Assembly (NCBI RefSeq): GCF_050920415.1
Contig: NZ_CP169309.1
DNA: 64,000 nucleotides
Reading direction: 5' to 3' (one strand)
Origin: Escherichia coli
GTDB taxonomy: Bacteria > Pseudomonadota > Gammaproteobacteria > Enterobacterales > Enterobacteriaceae
The translations under genes were made by a program, and so were the position numbers. The stretch's first letter is position 1; every line of letters begins with the position of its first letter. The notes under the pieces are model-generated. The model had not been told where the DNA came from. It worked only from the letters and a program-made list of their open reading frames with translations, and made no database searches. This document shows positions 6,518-14,557 of the stretch, piece by piece.

Positions 6518-7412
6518 TCTTCTGCTCGATTTTGGACATCCGGTTGCTTATTACCCTGGGCTCGTTAAATACATGGGAAGTCCGCACGCTGTTATTTTCT
6601 TTGGTCAGATTTTTTACTGGCAGGATAAAGCACATGCAGCGGAAGGCGTACATAAAACGCGTGAAGAGATACAACACGAAACCGGACTTACATTTGAACA
6701 ACAGGCTGTAGCGCGTAAGCATCTTGTGTCCAGAGGCATTTTGGTTGAAACCAACAAGCGTCTTGAGCACAAAATGTTCTACCGTATAGATTGTGAGCGC
6801 CTTAATGAAATTATCAATGAAAACAATCAGTTTTCCCGAAATGGGGAAACCCGTTTTCGGGAAACTGTAAAACCCAATTTCGCGGAGGAGGGAAAGCCTT
6901 CACCGCGGACACGGGAAACCCCTCGCCGCGGAGAAGGGAAAACCAATTTCGATCTTACAGAGAATACAACAGAGATTACTTCAGAGAATACTACAGAGAG
7001 TAAAAACACTATTGGCGCATCCGCTGACGCGTCTGCACCAGCACGTTCTGCCCGACAGGAATATTCACCGGAATTTGAACAGGCCTGGCAGGAATATCCC
7101 AAACGTGCTGGTGGTAATTCCAAGTCAGCAGCCTTCAAAGCCTGGAAAGCCCGTATCAGGGAGGGAATAAAACCGGAGACCATGCTTGATGGTGTGAAGC
7201 GGTATGCCGCCTGGGTACGTGCTACAGGAAATACCGGCACACAGTTCGTGAAGCAGGCTGCGACGTTCTTTGGACCCGATCGTCACTTCGAAGATTACTG
7301 GCAACAGCCAGCCGCTCCCGGAGGTGGGCGACAGCGACAGGTCGATGTCCTGGCTGGCCTGGGAGCCATGTCTGACAAATTCGGTAAATCCAGTGACAAA
7401 CTGACATTCTGA
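6504..7412 (+). CDS. Replication initiator, O-like (contains the presumed origin)
   Basis: GGGAGGTGG SD before the ATG at 6504. Sits ahead of the DnaC-like and DnaB-like genes. Iteron cluster lies inside the gene, as in lambda O. The C-terminal motif EFEQAWQEYPKR is common in phage replication proteins. Confidence 0.65.
   Translation: MRPSDLLLDFGHPVAYYPGLVKYMGSPHAVIFFGQIFYWQDKAHAAEGVHKTREEIQHETGLTFEQQAVARKHLVSRGILVETNKRLEHKMFYRIDCERLNEIINENNQFSRNGETRFRETVKPNFAEEGKPSPRTRETPRRGEGKTNFDLTENTTEITSENTTESKNTIGASADASAPARSARQEYSPEFEQAWQEYPKRAGGNSKSAAFKAWKARIREGIKPETMLDGVKRYAAWVRATGNTGTQFVKQAATFFGPDRHFEDYWQQPAAPGGGRQRQVDVLAGLGAMSDKFGKSSDKLTF
6830..6995. repeat. Putative ori: GGGAAA(N)C iterons plus an A/T-rich direct-repeat tract inside the O-like gene
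   Basis: GGGAAAC-type repeats at 6843, 6859, 6890, 6913 and 6936. Inverted gttttccc at 6830. CCAATTTCG occurs twice. cagagaatac occurs twice (6958, 6982). Confidence 0.5.
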
Positions 7413-7422
7413 GGTGACAGCG

Positions 7423-8301
7423 ATGATGACGATTAACCAACGTGAGAAACAAACAAGACTACAGGCGCGAATGGATGAGTTACGGGCAGAGATTGCATTT
7501 GCTCAGAATGGCGAAAAGCCATGGCCTTACCGCGCCTGCCGGGAATCTGAAGGGGTTGGATGCTGCGAAAAACACGGTAAATATCGTACGCATATACTGG
7601 TGTGGGATGATCGGCAGGGGGGCGCTGTCTCAAAAATTTCCCGCTGTCCGGAGTGTCTGGTGGATGAAATGGATGTGACACATCGGACTCTGGTTGCAAT
7701 GAAAGCTGATGTGCTGATTGAGAATGCTGGTGTTGCCTGTAGGTTTCGCGACTGTGAGTTTGAAAACTATCAGGAGATTAACTCTGATGCAGCCAGAAAT
7801 CTTGCTGCCTGCCGCCGCTATGCAGAGAGCTGGGAGGATGTTCTGGCTAACGGTACCAGTCTTGTTCTGACAGGCAGTTGTGGTACCGGAAAAAATCATC
7901 TGGCTGTGGCTATGGCAAAACACATCATCCGTAACCATCTGGCCAGTGTGGAGATTACTGATGTGATGCGCCTTACCCGTGCTGTGAAAAACTGCTGGCG
8001 GAATGACAGCGAAAAAACAGCGGATGAAGTTATTGAGCATTATGCGTCATTGGATTTGCTGATCATCGACGAAGTCGGCGTTCAGTTTGGCAGCGCGGCT
8101 GAAATGGCTATTTTGCAGGAAATTATCAATGCCCGGTACGAAAGCATCCTGCCCACCATCCTGATCAGCAACCTTTCACCGGAAGAGTTGTGGGCGTTCA
8201 TCAGCCCCCGCATTGCCGACAGGATCACAGACGGGGGACGCAACTGGTTGTCGTTTAACTGGCCCAGCTATCGTGCGCATATTGGAGGTGTGGCTGCATG
8301 A
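7423..8301 (+). CDS. DnaC/IstB-like AAA+ helicase loader
   Basis: Walker A GSCGTGKNHLAVAMA and Walker B LLIIDEVG. N-terminal Cys-rich region. Start is uncertain (GTG 7414, ATG 7423 or 7426). Confidence 0.8.
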   Translation: MMTINQREKQTRLQARMDELRAEIAFAQNGEKPWPYRACRESEGVGCCEKHGKYRTHILVWDDRQGGAVSKISRCPECLVDEMDVTHRTLVAMKADVLIENAGVACRFRDCEFENYQEINSDAARNLAACRRYAESWEDVLANGTSLVLTGSCGTGKNHLAVAMAKHIIRNHLASVEITDVMRLTRAVKNCWRNDSEKTADEVIEHYASLDLLIIDEVGVQFGSAAEMAILQEIINARYESILPTILISNLSPEELWAFISPRIADRITDGGRNWLSFNWPSYRAHIGGVAA

Positions 8302-9689
8302 CCACTCCAGTATGGCGTAACGATGATCTGGAAGGCGCTGTCATTGGCGCGTTTTTTCTGCGTGGGGCAGATCATGAAGTGATGGATATTCTGGCCACAC
8401 TGCCAGCGGACGTTTTTTCTGTACGAGCGTATAGGGATATCTACACAGGCATCTGCCGACAGGCTCGTGTTTCAGGTGTGATTGATCCTGTGCTGCTGTG
8501 TAATGAAATGCCGGAACTTGCTCCGGTGATTACTGATACCGGGCGTAAAACCTGGGTGAAGTCTTCACTGGAGCACTATGTTGCAGCGTTGCGGCGCAAT
8601 GCTGCATTGCGTGATGCAGAAAAAACACTGAATGAGGCGCTGCAGAAATTACGTGATGCGCATACCTGTGAAGCAGCTGAAGATGTCCTGAAGGATGCGC
8701 AGAACATGATGGCTTCATTGTCGACGGAAAAGGGCATTATTCAGCCGATACATATTGATGATGTGCTTCCGGAGGTGGTTGAGCGTGTTGAATGCCGGAA
8801 TCAGGGACTGGAGAAATCCAGAACGTTGATGACCGGTATTGAGGAGCTGGACGCAAAGACAGGTGGCATGGAGCCCGGCGACCTGGTGTTCATTGCGGCT
8901 CGTCCGTCAATGGGCAAAACCGAACTGGCGCTGGATATCATCGACAAGGTGACTGAGCAGGGGCATGGTGTTCTTCTGTTCACAATGGAAATGGCGAACA
9001 TCCAGATTGGTGAACGCATGGTATCTGCGGCTGGAGGAATGCCGGTATCACGCCTGAAATCTGTCACTCACTTTGAAGATGAAGACTGGGCGCGTTTCTC
9101 ACAAGGGGTGGGACGGATGACCGGTCGCAATATCTGGATGGTGGACCAGGCGAATCTGACCATTGATGAGATATGCGCAACAACGAAACACCACCTGATT
9201 AAACATCCGGAAACGGCGCTGGTGGTGGTTGATTATCTCGGGCTGATAAAAACCCGGAGCACGGGGCGTCATGACCTTGCCGTGGGTGAAATCTCAAAGG
9301 GGCTTAAAGGCCTGGCAAAATCCGGTGGTTTTCCGTTGATTGCGCTGAGCCAGCTCTCCCGCGGTGTGGAGTCCAGGCCCAATAAACGCCCCATGAACTC
9401 AGACCTGAAAAATTCCGGAGAAATAGAGGCGGATGCAGACATCATTCTGATGCTTTACAGGGATGAAGTGTACAACCCGGATACGCAGGCCAGGGGCATC
9501 GCAGAAATCAATATCACGAAACAACGTAACGGTTCTCTGGGGACAATTTACCGGCGTTTTTATAACGGACATTTTCTGCCTGTAGACCAGGAAAGCGCAC
9601 AGGTTCTTTCCACCCCAATGCAGCCGCCTCAGCCGCGCAGATACAGCAATAAACGAACCGACAGTAGTAAGATGGAGCGTTTCTTTTGA
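8298..9689 (+). CDS. DnaB-family replicative DNA helicase
   Basis: GIEELDAKTGGMEPGDLVFIAARPSMGKTELAL, with downstream RecA-like motifs (ALSQLSR). 463 aa. Confidence 0.9.
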   Translation: MTTPVWRNDDLEGAVIGAFFLRGADHEVMDILATLPADVFSVRAYRDIYTGICRQARVSGVIDPVLLCNEMPELAPVITDTGRKTWVKSSLEHYVAALRRNAALRDAEKTLNEALQKLRDAHTCEAAEDVLKDAQNMMASLSTEKGIIQPIHIDDVLPEVVERVECRNQGLEKSRTLMTGIEELDAKTGGMEPGDLVFIAARPSMGKTELALDIIDKVTEQGHGVLLFTMEMANIQIGERMVSAAGGMPVSRLKSVTHFEDEDWARFSQGVGRMTGRNIWMVDQANLTIDEICATTKHHLIKHPETALVVVDYLGLIKTRSTGRHDLAVGEISKGLKGLAKSGGFPLIALSQLSRGVESRPNKRPMNSDLKNSGEIEADADIILMLYRDEVYNPDTQARGIAEINITKQRNGSLGTIYRRFYNGHFLPVDQESAQVLSTPMQPPQPRRYSNKRTDSSKMERFF

Positions 9690-9943
9690 ACAACCAGACA
9701 ATGACTTTTACCCCTGAACAATTACGCAAACAGGCGCAGGAAATGCTGCGACAGGCGGAACAACTGGAAAAATCAGGCGTAACAAAAGATGCCATTCGTC
9801 GGGATATGGTACCCGCGCTCAGAGAACTGATGCAGGCAAAACACCGCGCACAAAAAGCGGTGGATGAGCTGGTGGATTGTGTGGCAGAGCTGGAAACAAA
9901 AGTTGGAAAATTTGAAAAACTGGTGCAGGAGGTACTGCGCTGA
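9686..9943 (+). CDS. Hypothetical coiled-coil protein
   Basis: ORF packed between the helicase and the Q-like gene. Start is uncertain (TTG 9686 or ATG 9701). Confidence 0.45.
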   Translation: MNNQTMTFTPEQLRKQAQEMLRQAEQLEKSGVTKDAIRRDMVPALRELMQAKHRAQKAVDELVDCVAELETKVGKFEKLVQEVLR

Positions 9944-10308
9944 TGCGTGATATTCAGATGGTTCTTGAGCGTTGGGGGGCGTGGGTGGCAAATAACCACG
10001 AAGATGTTACCTGGTCGTCGATTGCTGCGGGATTCAAAGGACTGATTCCGTCAAAGGTTAAGTCACGTCCGCAATGTTGTGACGATGACGCGATGATCAT
10101 TTGTGGTTGCATGGCTCGTCTGAAAAAGAACAACCGTGACTTGCATGATCTGCTCGTGGATTATTACGTTGGGGGAATGACTTTTATGGCGCTTGCAAGG
10201 AAACATGGACGTTCAGATTGCTGGGTTGGTCGTTTGTTGCAAAAAGCAGAGGGGATCGTGGCTGGTATGTTAATGATGTTGGATGTCAAACTAGAGATGG
10301 AATATTAA
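9943..10308 (+). CDS. Late-gene antiterminator, Q-like (small Phage_antitermQ type)
   Basis: Last gene of the early-right operon. RWGAWV....W and [10 protein letters not shown] resemble the ~120-aa antitermination protein Q family (from memory). Confidence 0.55.
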   Translation: MRDIQMVLERWGAWVANNHEDVTWSSIAAGFKGLIPSKVKSRPQCCDDDAMIICGCMARLKKNNRDLHDLLVDYYVGGMTFMALARKHGRSDCWVGRLLQKAEGIVAGMLMMLDVKLEMEY

Positions 10309-10475
10309 TTTAATTCTCATAGAATTCTTTTCTTTATGAGGGGCGAATAATGCCCCTAAACTAGAATATTATAGCTGCCTCATTATCTGGGCAGCATTAG
10401 GTTGTTGAGTGGTTTTCGCTATTAAAGCAATCATTCAAAAGGTATAAAATATGAAGCTGGGTTCTATATTAACGC

Positions 10476-11663
10476 TTACTCCATGCTAAGTGAATCCTGA
10501 TAGCGCTTAAATGCCTCCGCGAAAGCTAGAGCAGCATCAGCATTTGATACCATGTATTCTTCTGTAATGCCTGTTTGGGACTGGAAATATAACTTTCCAT
10601 AAATGCAAATTGGGATTTGATAGTTATCTTTAAATCGTCGGTCTGGTGAGCCATCTTTATTTGTTTTTGCCCATGTATGCCCAGCTATGCTGGCATCACT
10701 CGGAACACCATCCTCTTCATGGAACCCTTGATGCTGCGCATTAATTTGTAATTCCCGTAAGTCAATCAGAGCAAATGCCCCATCGGGGCGAGGAATTACA
10801 GCAATACCCGGATAAAGCAATATATCGTCGCCATTGACATTTTCAAATCGCATTGCTCTTCCAGTAAAACGAATTAGATCTGTTGAAGCGAAATCAAATA
10901 CGACTGGATGACGATCAACTGCTCGTGTAGCTAACGTCCTTTCTGCAAACTGATCTATAGCTTTATCTGCGGTAATATCCCATTTTTTGATACTTGATTT
11001 TAAAATATCGAAAGCACGAATCATTGCTGCATAAGCCCGCTGTGAGGAATCGCTGGTTTCGAAATTAATGACGATTTTAGTGTTATCTTCCCAGGATACA
11101 AGACGAGATACTTCTGCTTGTATTTGTGGTAGCGTTGCTTCAAGTTCTGCAATGCGACGTTTATAAAACCATCGAAACAGGCTTGATTTACGTCGAGCCA
11201 ATTCACTCTTTTGTCTTGATTCTTCTGCAAGAGCCTCTTGTAAGTCAGATGCTATTTCCGCTCTTTGTTCTCGTGCTTTAACGATCAAGTCTCGTAAAGG
11301 TAAAAGAGATGTACTTGTCAAGGCCTCTACTGAGGCACTGGAGATTTCATTCATGCCTGTTTGTGGCATGTACATTTTTGCGTTTGATGGGGTGTTGTCT
11401 GAAATTAACTCGGGTGCATCAATATGAGATTCTACAGACGACGGATTTAGCTGAATGGTTGTGGATGGTTTGTCTTTGTATGGTAAACGAGGGGATGTAT
11501 ACGATAAACCAGATCCTGGTAACCCTAGAGTTGCTTTAATTCCTTTTTGGTTAACATTAACTGTGGCTCCGGGGACACCAAAACTTGCGCTTACCCCATG
11601 TTTACCGATGTTAAGGCGTACTCCGGGGAAAATGGTAAAAGTTTGTCTGAAGCGAAGAGACAT
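10476..11663 (-). CDS. DUF4236-like protein (395 aa), function unknown; reverse-oriented moron
   Basis: N-terminus: RFRQTFTIFPGVRLNIGKHGVSASFGVPGATVNVNQKGIKATLGLPGSGLSY (DUF4236 signature, from memory). Then a P/S linker, a coiled coil and an unknown C-terminal domain. AT-rich. Confidence 0.75.
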   Translation of the reverse strand: MSLRFRQTFTIFPGVRLNIGKHGVSASFGVPGATVNVNQKGIKATLGLPGSGLSYTSPRLPYKDKPSTTIQLNPSSVESHIDAPELISDNTPSNAKMYMPQTGMNEISSASVEALTSTSLLPLRDLIVKAREQRAEIASDLQEALAEESRQKSELARRKSSLFRWFYKRRIAELEATLPQIQAEVSRLVSWEDNTKIVINFETSDSSQRAYAAMIRAFDILKSSIKKWDITADKAIDQFAERTLATRAVDRHPVVFDFASTDLIRFTGRAMRFENVNGDDILLYPGIAVIPRPDGAFALIDLRELQINAQHQGFHEEDGVPSDASIAGHTWAKTNKDGSPDRRFKDNYQIPICIYGKLYFQSQTGITEEYMVSNADAALAFAEAFKRYQDSLSME

Positions 11664-11693
11664 AAGATAATCCCTGTGTAGTAATGTCTAAAG

Positions 11694-11716
11694 TTACATT
11701 CCATACTGGAATGTAA
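11694..11716. promoter_or_regulatory. Perfect palindrome just upstream of the DUF4236-like gene
   Basis: TTACATTCCA-tac-TGGAATGTAA, 31 nt upstream of the ATG at 11663. Could be an operator or a 5'-UTR hairpin. Confidence 0.5.
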
Positions 11717-11797
11717 TACTGCGATGAGACACGAGGCTCATTAAGGATTTTGGCATTTTGCTGACATAAATTCTATAAAAATTATGGTGATAAACGT

Positions 11798-11825
11798 TTT
11801 ACAATCGTAAAAAAACAAATATGCT
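11798..11825 (+). promoter_or_regulatory. Candidate late promoter (PR'-like)
   Basis: TTTACA (11798-11803), 16 nt, TATGCT (11820-11825). A strong terminator follows about 30 nt downstream. Confidence 0.3.
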
Positions 11826-11856
11826 GTTAAGAGTGGTACTACGCCACACAGCTTAA

Positions 11857-11880
11857 ACCCGCCGATGAGCGGGTTTTTTT
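11857..11880 (+). terminator. Intrinsic terminator (tR'-like)
   Basis: ACCCGC-cgatga-GCGGGT followed by T7. Confidence 0.7.
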
Positions 11881-11886
11881 GTGCAC

Positions 11887-11911
11887 AGAAAACCCCCAGC
11901 TAGGCTGGGGG
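11887..11911 (-). terminator. Intrinsic terminator, minus strand
   Basis: CCCCCAGC-cta-GCTGGGGG followed by TTTTCT on the minus strand. Back to back with the plus-strand terminator. Confidence 0.5.
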
Positions 11912-12037
11912 TTCCGGAAAGCTTTCAGCTTTGAGCCAGTTATTAAAACCCCTTTTGATTTGTTAAAACACCTTGCGGTCTGGCAACTTCTTAACTCACT
12001 TATTGTTTCCACCCATGTTTTTGGATACCTGCTGTAG

Positions 12038-12074
12038 CTGTCAGATTAGCGCGATAATCTGACAGCTTTTTTTT
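12038..12074 (+). terminator. Intrinsic terminator
   Basis: CTGTCAGATTA-gcgcga-TAATCTGACAG followed by C and T8. Confidence 0.75.
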
Positions 12075-12362
12075 ACAACGAATCCTTCTGATCTGCTTTT
12101 GCGGGGCTTTTTTGTATCCGCTCCATGCCCGGCGTATAAGCGGAGGTTGGTCAGTTTTCTAAAAATTGAAATACCTCACAATTCAGCCAGTTAATGGTTG
12201 TTTGTCTGGCGAAGAGTTTGTAAATAAAAAAACGCATGGTGAATCCCCCTAAGCGGCGGGGCGAATCAGCAGTCAGTTCTGGGATAATCGCGGGTTCGTA
12301 TGCTGATGCCGGACTCACCGGGAGGCACCCGGCACCATGCATCATGGTCATCCCCTTGTATG

Positions 12363-12389
12363 ATACCCCTCTCCGGAGGGGTATTTTTT
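12363..12389 (+). terminator. Intrinsic terminator
   Basis: ATACCCCTC-tccg-GAGGGGTAT followed by T6. Confidence 0.75.
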
Positions 12390-12393
12390 GGAT

Positions 12394-12421
12394 AAAAAAG
12401 CCCGCGCTGGGAGGCACGGGC
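12394..12421 (-). terminator. Possible minus-strand terminator
   Basis: GCCCG...CGGGC followed by T6 on the minus strand. Confidence 0.3.
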
Positions 12422-12644
12422 GGCAAGGAATAAAACGTGAAGAAATTTTCACAGGCGCATAATAATCCGATGTTGCCAGATTTTGCAACTGCATCATCTG
12501 GTTATTATGTGAGCTGGAAAATCAGATTCTGTATGGACTGAAGCCATGCTGTTATTCAGGGCCAAAGAACGGACTTTTTCTTCCGCCTTTCAGGTAACGA
12601 TTAATGAGAAAAAGACTGAAATGCCCCCTCGGGGAGGAGGATAG

Positions 12645-12741
12645 TAGAAAAAAGAACCCGCCAGCAAAAATATTGGGGGGATGAACAGCTTTCGCTACTC
12701 TGGTTGCTGGCGGGTATAGCTCCTCATGAATAAGAATGTCG
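12645..12741 (-). ncRNA. Candidate ~95-nt minus-strand sRNA, antisense to the late leader upstream of the holin
   Basis: Predicted start lies about 7 nt after the -10 at 12753..12748. Ends in a 12-bp perfect stem (12715..12704 with 12667..12656), which encloses an AGC-GAAA-GCT hairpin, followed by TCTTTTTTC. Confidence 0.35.
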
Positions 12742-12747
12742 CGGTAT

Positions 12748-12776
12748 TTTTTAATGGAAATGAGAATCATTGTCAA
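12748..12776 (-). promoter_or_regulatory. Sigma70 promoter for the candidate sRNA
   Basis: On the minus strand: TTGACA (12776..12771), 17 nt, TAAAAA (12753..12748). Confidence 0.45.
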
Positions 12777-12822
12777 CTGATTGCGTGTGTTGTCTTCATA
12801 CATGACTGGTAAAGGTGATTCA

Positions 12823-12853
12823 GGCCATCAGAGTTTTGCTGATGGCCTTTTTT
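12823..12853 (+). terminator. Intrinsic terminator immediately upstream of the holin
   Basis: GGCCATCAG-agttttg-CTGATGGCC followed by T6. Confidence 0.7.
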
Positions 12854-12886
12854 CTTTCCGGTAGCACAGGTCTGTCGGGGCGGGAT

Positions 12887-13102
12887 ATGTATCAGATGGA
12901 AAAAATATCAACAGGCATTGCCTACGGCACCTCCGCAGGCAGTGCTGGCTACTGGTTTTTACAGTGGCTTGATCAGGTCAGCCCGTCACAGTGGGCTGCG
13001 ATTGGTGTACTGGGAAGTCTGGTTCTGGGCTTTCTGACTTATCTGACGAATCTGTACTTCAAAATCAGAGAAGACAGAAGAAAGGCTGCGAGAGGAGAGT
13101 AA
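12887..13102 (+). CDS. Class II holin, S21-type pinholin with dual start (MYQM)
   Basis: 71 aa: ...[67 protein letters not shown]. This is near-identical in pattern to phage 21 S (from memory). Confidence 0.85.
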   Translation: MYQMEKISTGIAYGTSAGSAGYWFLQWLDQVSPSQWAAIGVLGSLVLGFLTYLTNLYFKIREDRRKAARGE

Positions 13103-13106
13103 TATA

Positions 13107-13457
13107 ATGGTCCAAAACTATGAAATGATTGTGAAAGGGATCCGCAATTTTGAGAATAAAGTTACGGTAACTTTAGCATTACAGGACAAAGAACGCTTTG
13201 ACGGTGAAATTTTTGACCTGGACATCTCGCTGGACCGTGTTGAAGGTGCCGCGCTGGAGTTTTATGAGGCAGTAGCCAGAAGGAGCATCAGACAGGTCTT
13301 CCTGGATGTTGCTGCCGGGTTATGTGAAGGGGATGAGCAGTCGCCGGAAAAGCGCCCCGTAATTTTAGAGGCGCAGAATGTGTGGATAACCTACAAAGGA
13401 AAGCTACCAGGAAGAATTACTGGTTCTCTGAAGACTCCTCCGGAATCACAACCTTAA
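13107..13457 (+). CDS. Hypothetical 116-aa protein inserted between holin and endolysin
   Basis: GAGGAG SD upstream. No recognisable domain. Confidence 0.55.
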   Translation: MVQNYEMIVKGIRNFENKVTVTLALQDKERFDGEIFDLDISLDRVEGAALEFYEAVARRSIRQVFLDVAAGLCEGDEQSPEKRPVILEAQNVWITYKGKLPGRITGSLKTPPESQP

Positions 13458-13520
13458 GTCACTGACCGGAACAGATAAACCTGTCCGTGGGCAGAAACCG
13501 ATAAATCCTGATAAATATCC

Positions 13521-14054
13521 ATGAACGCAAAAATCAGATACGGCCTGTCGGCTGCCGTTCTGGCACTGATTGCCGTCGGTGCTCCCGCGCCTGATATTCT
13601 CGACCAGTTTCTGGATGAAAAAGAAGGTAACCACACAACGGCATACCGCGATGGTTCCGGCATCTGGACCATCTGTCGGGGTGCCACGATGGTGGATGGA
13701 AAACCCGTTTTTCCCGGTATGAAACTGTCGAAGGAAAAATGCGACCAGGTTAACGCCATTGAACGTGATAAGGCGCTGGCATGGGTGGAGCGCAATATTA
13801 AAGTACCACTGACCGAACCACAGAAAGCGGGTATAGCGTCATTTTGTCCCTATAACATTGGCCCCGGTAAGTGTTTCCCGTCGACGTTTTATAAGCGGCT
13901 GAATGCCGGTGATCGTAAGGGTGCATGCGAGGCGATTCGCTGGTGGATAAAAGATGGTGGGCGCGATTGCCGCATACGTTCAAATAACTGCTATGGACAG
14001 GTTATTCGTCGTGACCAGGAAAGCGCATTAGCCTGTTGGGGGATAGATCAGTGA
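13521..14054 (+). CDS. SAR endolysin (GH24 lysozyme, R21-like)
   Basis: N-terminal signal-anchor-release segment [15 protein letters not shown]. Catalytic [20 protein letters not shown]. Confidence 0.9.
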   Translation: MNAKIRYGLSAAVLALIAVGAPAPDILDQFLDEKEGNHTTAYRDGSGIWTICRGATMVDGKPVFPGMKLSKEKCDQVNAIERDKALAWVERNIKVPLTEPQKAGIASFCPYNIGPGKCFPSTFYKRLNAGDRKGACEAIRWWIKDGGRDCRIRSNNCYGQVIRRDQESALACWGIDQ

Positions 14055-14515
14055 GCAGAGTCGCCGCGATTATTTATGCTCTGGTTATCTGCATCATCGT
14101 CTGCCTGTCGTGGGCGGTCAATCATTACCGTGATAACGCCATCGCCTACAAAGAACAGCGTGATAAAAAAGTCAGTGAGCTGAAGCAGGCGATCGCCACC
14201 ATCGCTGACATGCAGCAGCGTCAGCGTGATGTTGCTGCGCTCGATGCAAAGTACTCGAGAGAATTAGCCAATGCGAAAGCTGAAAATGAAACTCTGCGCG
14301 CTGATGTTGCCGCTGGTCGTCGTCGGTTGCACATCAAAGCAGTCTGTCAGTCAGTGCGTGAAGCCACCACCGCCTCCGGCGTGGATAATGCAACCAGCCC
14401 CCGACTGGCAGACACCGCTGAACGGGATTATTTCACCCTCAGAGAGCGGCTGATGACGATGCAGATGCAACTGGAAGGGGCACAGGAGTATATCCGCACT
14501 CAGTGCATTAAGTAG
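14051..14515 (+). CDS. Rz: i-spanin Rz
   Basis: GTG start. [30 protein letters not shown]...[14 protein letters not shown] is a typical Rz sequence. Confidence 0.85.
   Translation: MSRVAAIIYALVICIIVCLSWAVNHYRDNAIAYKEQRDKKVSELKQAIATIADMQQRQRDVAALDAKYSRELANAKAENETLRADVAAGRRRLHIKAVCQSVREATTASGVDNATSPRLADTAERDYFTLRERLMTMQMQLEGAQEYIRTQCIK
14271..14453 (+). CDS. Rz1: o-spanin Rz1 lipoprotein, embedded in Rz in the +1 frame
   Basis: [20 protein letters not shown] lipobox followed by a proline-rich mature part. Confidence 0.8.
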   Translation: MRKLKMKLCALMLPLVVVGCTSKQSVSQCVKPPPPPAWIMQPAPDWQTPLNGIISPSESG

Positions 14516-14557
14516 CCTTTTTATCGTGGTAAACATTTCGCAGGGTATGAGGTATTT

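Noticed and set aside
12280-12330. Possible tRNA in the Q-S region (gcgggttcgtatgc resembles a T-arm)
   Set aside because: No cloverleaf can be drawn: no matching acceptor stem or anticodon arm, and the T-loop consensus GGTTCGAAT is not met. No tRNA is called anywhere in the window.
12151-12433. ORFs 12151..12426 (-) and 12236..12433 (+) in the late leader
   Set aside because: Both read straight through strong intrinsic terminator hairpins, lack SD sequences and have odd composition. The region is treated as non-coding and structured.
12552-12803. 83-aa minus-strand ORF upstream of the holin
   Set aside because: It would have to be translated through a 12-bp-stem terminator. It is better explained as a short non-coding transcript.
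10309-12886. Shiga toxin or other known virulence cargo, since yecE is an Stx-phage integration site and this is the stx slot
   Set aside because: No ORF here resembles StxA/StxB. The only sizeable gene is the DUF4236-like ORF on the opposite strand.
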